Source of the DNA: a virus
Taxonomy: Duplodnaviria; Heunggongvirae; Uroviricota; Caudoviricetes
Virus record (IMG/VR): IMGVR_UViG_3300042349_000541
Span: 158,773-168,799 of that record
Length of the DNA: 10,027 bases
Strand: one strand, 5' to 3'
The translations under genes and the position numbers were made by a program. This document shows, in pieces, positions 6,583 to 10,027 of this stretch; the stretch's first letter is position 1, and each line of letters starts with the position of its first letter. The notes beneath the pieces were generated by a model. The model was given only the letters and a program-made list of their open reading frames with translations, made no database searches and had not been told where the DNA came from.

Positions 6583-8216
6583 TGAAAAAAATATTGCTAT
6601 GCACAGAGTTTAGCGGATTTAGTACGGGATACGGAGTTTACGGTAGAGAGCTTCTAAGCAGGCTGTCTAAACACTACGAAGTGGCCGAGCTAGGTTGTTA
6701 CATAACACCTGATGATCCAAGAATGTCTAATTATCCTTGGAGGGTTTATCCGAACAAGCCTAGCGAAAACAGTCCTGATTATAATAATTATTTAGCGTCT
6801 AGTTCTTTTGAATACGGCGAATATACATTCAACAATGTATTATTAGATTTTAAACCTGACTATGTCATAGACTTTAGAGATCCTTGGGCGTTTGAATATC
6901 AAAGCAGATCGCCGTTTCGGAATTTTTACAACTGGCTTATATGCCCAACTGTAGACGCTAGACCACAAAATGCTGACTGGATGGAATTGTACGGAAATGC
7001 CGATGGTGTTTTAACATACTCTGAATTCGGCAAAAAAACTATTCTGGCTCAATCTAGCAATATTAACGTCTTAGGAGTTGCAAGTCCTGCGGCGAGCGAA
7101 AACTACAAGCCTTTTACTATAGAAGAAAAAAATCAGTTGCGGGCCTTCAATAATATTCCTCAGGATATTTATATTCTAGGCACCGTTATGCGTAATCAGC
7201 CTAGAAAATTGTTTCCGGAATTATTTAAACTATTCAAGAGATATGTCAGAGAGTCGGGCCGTAGAGATGTTTACTTATACTGCCATACTGCATTTCCTGA
7301 TGTTGGATGGAATATTCCGGAATTATTAATGGAATCAGAATTATCCAGTAGAGTTCTTTTTACTTACAAATGTAAGACTTGCCAAAACATATCTGTCGAG
7401 CATTTTTCCGATACAGTAAAATACTGCAATAAATGCGGAAACTTTAGTAAAAATATCGCGGGCGTTAATAATAGCCTGACAGAACAAGAGCTTAACTTTG
7501 TATATAACCTATTTGATGTATATATTCAATACGCTACAAATGAGGGTTTTGGAATTCCTATAGTAGAAGCGGCTAAAGCGGGTGTTCCGGTAATGAATGT
7601 TAATTATTCTTCAATGGAAGATTTTTCACAAACGATATCTACTATACCTATTGATGTAAAAGAATATGTTAAAGAGGCTTCTACTTCAAGATTGCTTGCA
7701 GTCCCCTGTGAAAATTCGGCAGTAGATATTTTGTTTGATTTATTCTCTCTCCCAAGAGATTACATGCATTCATCTCTTGGAAAAGCCTGTCATAAATTAT
7801 CTAGTGATTTTTATTCTTGGGATAAAAACGCACAGGTTTGGATCGACGCAATCGAATCAATTCCTTTAAAGAGTAAAAAATGGAATGATCCCGTTGAAAT
7901 TTTGCAGCCGGACCCTATAATGAACGTGGGCATGTCTCCGTGCGAACAGGCTGTATTTTTAATCAATAACGTTTTAAAGAAGCCGGAATTTATGTTTTCT
8001 AATTTATGGAGAAGGCTTGTTAAAGATCTTACTTATAGAAGTACAATGCCGGGTATGGGACTATTATATTTTAATGAAAATTCATTCAAGGATAATTTAA
8101 AAGGCAGACCATTTACATTTGAAGATGCATATGAATCAATGGTTCAGCTAAGAGATTTTTATAATAAATGGGAACAGAACAGAAATGAAAGTATTGTACA
8201 TAGGTCATTACGCTGA
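6582..8216 (+). CDS. GT-B fold glycosyltransferase, GT4-like (544 aa), with a Cys4 zinc-ribbon insertion and a C-terminal extension
   Basis: N-terminal KKILL...STGYG, donor-binding VMRNQPRK, canonical GT4 EGFGIPIVEA (E321-x7-E329) and closing YSWDK helix. CxxC-x14-CxxC lies at C264-C285. Confidence 0.9.
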   Translation: MKKILLCTEFSGFSTGYGVYGRELLSRLSKHYEVAELGCYITPDDPRMSNYPWRVYPNKPSENSPDYNNYLASSSFEYGEYTFNNVLLDFKPDYVIDFRDPWAFEYQSRSPFRNFYNWLICPTVDARPQNADWMELYGNADGVLTYSEFGKKTILAQSSNINVLGVASPAASENYKPFTIEEKNQLRAFNNIPQDIYILGTVMRNQPRKLFPELFKLFKRYVRESGRRDVYLYCHTAFPDVGWNIPELLMESELSSRVLFTYKCKTCQNISVEHFSDTVKYCNKCGNFSKNIAGVNNSLTEQELNFVYNLFDVYIQYATNEGFGIPIVEAAKAGVPVMNVNYSSMEDFSQTISTIPIDVKEYVKEASTSRLLAVPCENSAVDILFDLFSLPRDYMHSSLGKACHKLSSDFYSWDKNAQVWIDAIESIPLKSKKWNDPVEILQPDPIMNVGMSPCEQAVFLINNVLKKPEFMFSNLWRRLVKDLTYRSTMPGMGLLYFNENSFKDNLKGRPFTFEDAYESMVQLRDFYNKWEQNRNESIVHRSLR

Positions 8217-9303
8217 TGGAACTGGTTGGGGCAATGCCGCACTCCATAACATTATAGCTATGAACAGAATTGGAATAGATGTTGTTCCAAGGAGAGTTTC
8301 ATACAAACCAGAAGAAGCACAATCAGTACCTCAAGAAATAGCAGAGCTAGAACAAAAATCTTTGTACGGAGTAGATGTATGCGTTCAACATACATTACCG
8401 ACTAATTATAGTTATTACTCCGGTAGGTCAAAAATCAGAAACATATGCATGTACGAAACTGAGACTAACGATTTTGGATATACTCAGTGGCATAAGTACA
8501 TCAACATGTTTAAAGAGTGTTGGGTTCCAAATAATGATATGGTTATGGACTCATTTTTGTCCGGGGTAAAATGCAAAGCAACTGTAGTTAATCATTGCAT
8601 TGATGTTGATAAGTATAAAAATTTTGTACCGCAAAATGTTATAGCGGGACTTGAAGATAAAAATGCTTATAACTTTTGTTACGTCGGGGAATTAAGTAAG
8701 AGAAAAAATGTTAAAGCTATCTTGCAGGCTTTCCATTTGGAGTTTGGTATGCATGAGAATGTGAACTTATTTTTAAAACTTAATATGCCCGGAAAGAGTG
8801 CTAATGAAACGCTTCAAATAGCAAATGAATTAAATGAAAATGTTACTCGCGGCCTTAAAATAAGAAATAAATACAAAGAGCCGTTTGTTTTATGCGGGCA
8901 CTGCGATGACAACGATCTTTTGTCTTTCATGAGTCAGTGTCATTGCTTCGTATGCGCTAGCAGTGGCGAGGCATGGTGCATTCCGGCACTAGAAGGAATG
9001 GCATTAGGTCTAGACTTAATATATACTAAAGGTACTGGTTTATCAGAATTTGCTTTTAGTGACGCAATAGCGGTCAATAGCACGATTAGTCCCTGTACAG
9101 ATGCCTTAGACACATTACCTGAAATATACACAGGTTTTGAAACATGGAGAAATATTGACATATCATGTTTACAGATTGCTATGAGACGGGCATTTTATAG
9201 AAAAAATTTTATAGATAGAGAAAAAATTAAGGAGCGTGCTTTTGAATTCGGTTACGATAGAACCGGAAAGCAAATTATGGAGGCATTAAATGATACAAAA
9301 TAA
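8185..9303 (+). CDS. GT-B fold glycosyltransferase, GT4-like (372 aa)
   Basis: MKVLYIG...GTGWG, NHCID, YVGELSKRKN and the E-x7-E motif GEAWCIPALEGM (E262, E270). It overlaps the upstream GT by 32 nt. Confidence 0.85.
   Translation: MKVLYIGHYADGTGWGNAALHNIIAMNRIGIDVVPRRVSYKPEEAQSVPQEIAELEQKSLYGVDVCVQHTLPTNYSYYSGRSKIRNICMYETETNDFGYTQWHKYINMFKECWVPNNDMVMDSFLSGVKCKATVVNHCIDVDKYKNFVPQNVIAGLEDKNAYNFCYVGELSKRKNVKAILQAFHLEFGMHENVNLFLKLNMPGKSANETLQIANELNENVTRGLKIRNKYKEPFVLCGHCDDNDLLSFMSQCHCFVCASSGEAWCIPALEGMALGLDLIYTKGTGLSEFAFSDAIAVNSTISPCTDALDTLPEIYTGFETWRNIDISCLQIAMRRAFYRKNFIDREKIKERAFEFGYDRTGKQIMEALNDTK
9279..9283 (+). promoter_or_regulatory. Shine-Dalgarno site (GGAGG) for the CDS at 9290
   Basis: GGAGG lies 6 nt upstream of ATG 9290, inside the 3' end of the preceding CDS. 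Confidence 0.5.
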
Positions 9304-10027
9304 AATAAGGCAATATTTAAGATCCGCAGATTTATTGAATAACGCCGACTCACTAAATATATTAGTCATAGGATCTACACATGAACGCTATGAACAACAA
9401 TTATGTAAAACCGGCCATAACTTTTTCTCAATTAATCATGGGAAGCAATGGGATTTAAACTGCGGTGATATTCCGAAAAATTATCATATCATAGATTACA
9501 TTCCTCATGATTTAAAACCCGACTTAATTTTAACTCATGTCTCCGGAGAAAGACTTGATATAGCTAATGAATACGCAAGAATTTTTAATGTAAAAGTAAT
9601 ACGACATACGCATACATTGCCCGAAAATGATTATGAACTAAAGGTATTCCGTTCTCAATATGCAGATTTAAATACATTCATATCTGAATACAGTAAAAAT
9701 GCATGGGGTTTAAATAATCAGAAAACCGATGTTATTACGCACGGAATTGATACGAGTTTTTTTTCTGATAAAAATATAGAAAGAAAAAATACAGTATTAT
9801 CTGTTGTGAACAAATGGGCTAATCGAGATTGGGCCTGCGGCTGGAAGTTATACCAAGAAATCGTTAATGGAAATAAAGATAAAACATTTATTGTTGCGGG
9901 AGATAATCCGGGTTTATCTAAACCGGCCAGTAGCACAAAGGCACTCGTTGATTTGTATAACGAATCATCTATATTTCTAAATACATCGCAATTTTCTCCC
10001 GTCCCGATGGCTTTAATTGAAGCTATG
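9290..10027 (+). CDS. 3'-truncated GT-B fold glycosyltransferase, GT4-like (first 246 aa)
   Basis: Hand translation is open from ATG 9290 to the window end: MIQNKIRQYLRSADLLNNADSLNILVIGSTHERYEQQLCKTGHNF...KPDLILTH...RHTHTLP...TFISEYSKNAW...VITHGIDTSFF...IVAGDNPG...LYNESSIFLNTSQFSPVPMALIEAM. PDLI, FISEY, HGIDT and FLNTS...LIEAM are GT4 hallmarks. It is absent from the ORF track because no stop falls in the window. Confidence 0.85.
   Translation, partial: MIQNKIRQYLRSADLLNNADSLNILVIGSTHERYEQQLCKTGHNFFSINHGKQWDLNCGDIPKNYHIIDYIPHDLKPDLILTHVSGERLDIANEYARIFNVKVIRHTHTLPENDYELKVFRSQYADLNTFISEYSKNAWGLNNQKTDVITHGIDTSFFSDKNIERKNTVLSVVNKWANRDWACGWKLYQEIVNGNKDKTFIVAGDNPGLSKPASSTKALVDLYNESSIFLNTSQFSPVPMALIEAM

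Larger units (their letters stand above)
1..10027 (+). other. Probable DNA metabolism/replication region of a large dsDNA bacteriophage
   Basis: All genes are co-oriented with gaps of 18 nt or less, or overlaps. The region holds a divergent DnaE that ends at the OB fold, a tail-less SSB, solo nucleases and a GT cluster, and no bacterial housekeeping synteny. No structural gene is present, so this is inference. Confidence 0.7.

Noticed and set aside
7213-7327. 13-bp direct repeat TTCCGGAATTATT (7213-7225 and 7315-7327)
   Set aside because: Only two copies, in frame, both encoding P-E-L. This is explained by protein sequence and codon bias.
1072-9936. Short alternative-frame and minus-strand ORFs in the track (1072-1257, 1196-1600, 1497-1679, 2380-2607, 3588-3776, 4216-4401, 5359-5652, 5980-6213, 6300-6491, 8375-8569, 8940-9161, 9718-9936)
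   Set aside because: All lie wholly within motif-supported + strand genes and show no recognisable motifs. They are consistent with shadow ORFs.
1-10027. Stop-codon reassignment, as seen in some large phages
   Set aside because: The genes tile the window in the standard code and end in TAA, TAG (1832-1834) and TGA (8214-8216) at sensible boundaries.
6582-10027. Bacterial LPS or capsule biosynthesis locus
   Set aside because: No flippase, polymerase, chain-length, transporter or NDP-sugar genes are visible, and the GTs abut dnaE-ssb. This is not fully excluded because the cluster runs off the window.

Overview
A tightly packed, co-oriented (+ strand) gene run, AT-rich (about 33-35% GC estimated from sampled lines), with almost no intergenic DNA. 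It most likely comes from a large dsDNA bacteriophage; this is inferred from gene content and packing, and no virion gene is present. Order: partial HAD 5'(3')-deoxyribonucleotidase, RecB/Cas4-like PD-(D/E)XK nuclease, small restriction-endonuclease-like protein, GNAT-like protein, DEDDh (DnaQ-like) exonuclease, DnaE (Pol III alpha), tail-less SSB, then three tandem GT-B/GT4-like glycosyltransferases, the last running off the window. The first and last CDSs are missing from the supplied ORF track and were translated by hand. The main points of interest are: (1) a replication module coupled directly to a glycosyltransferase cluster whose first member carries a CxxC-x14-CxxC zinc-ribbon insertion, a candidate DNA-glycosylation system; (2) a strong skew in GC-containing palindromes, with hand counts of CCGG about 30 and GGCC about 22 against GCGC 1 and CCWGG 0. 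No RNA genes, CRISPR array, intein or mobile element were seen.
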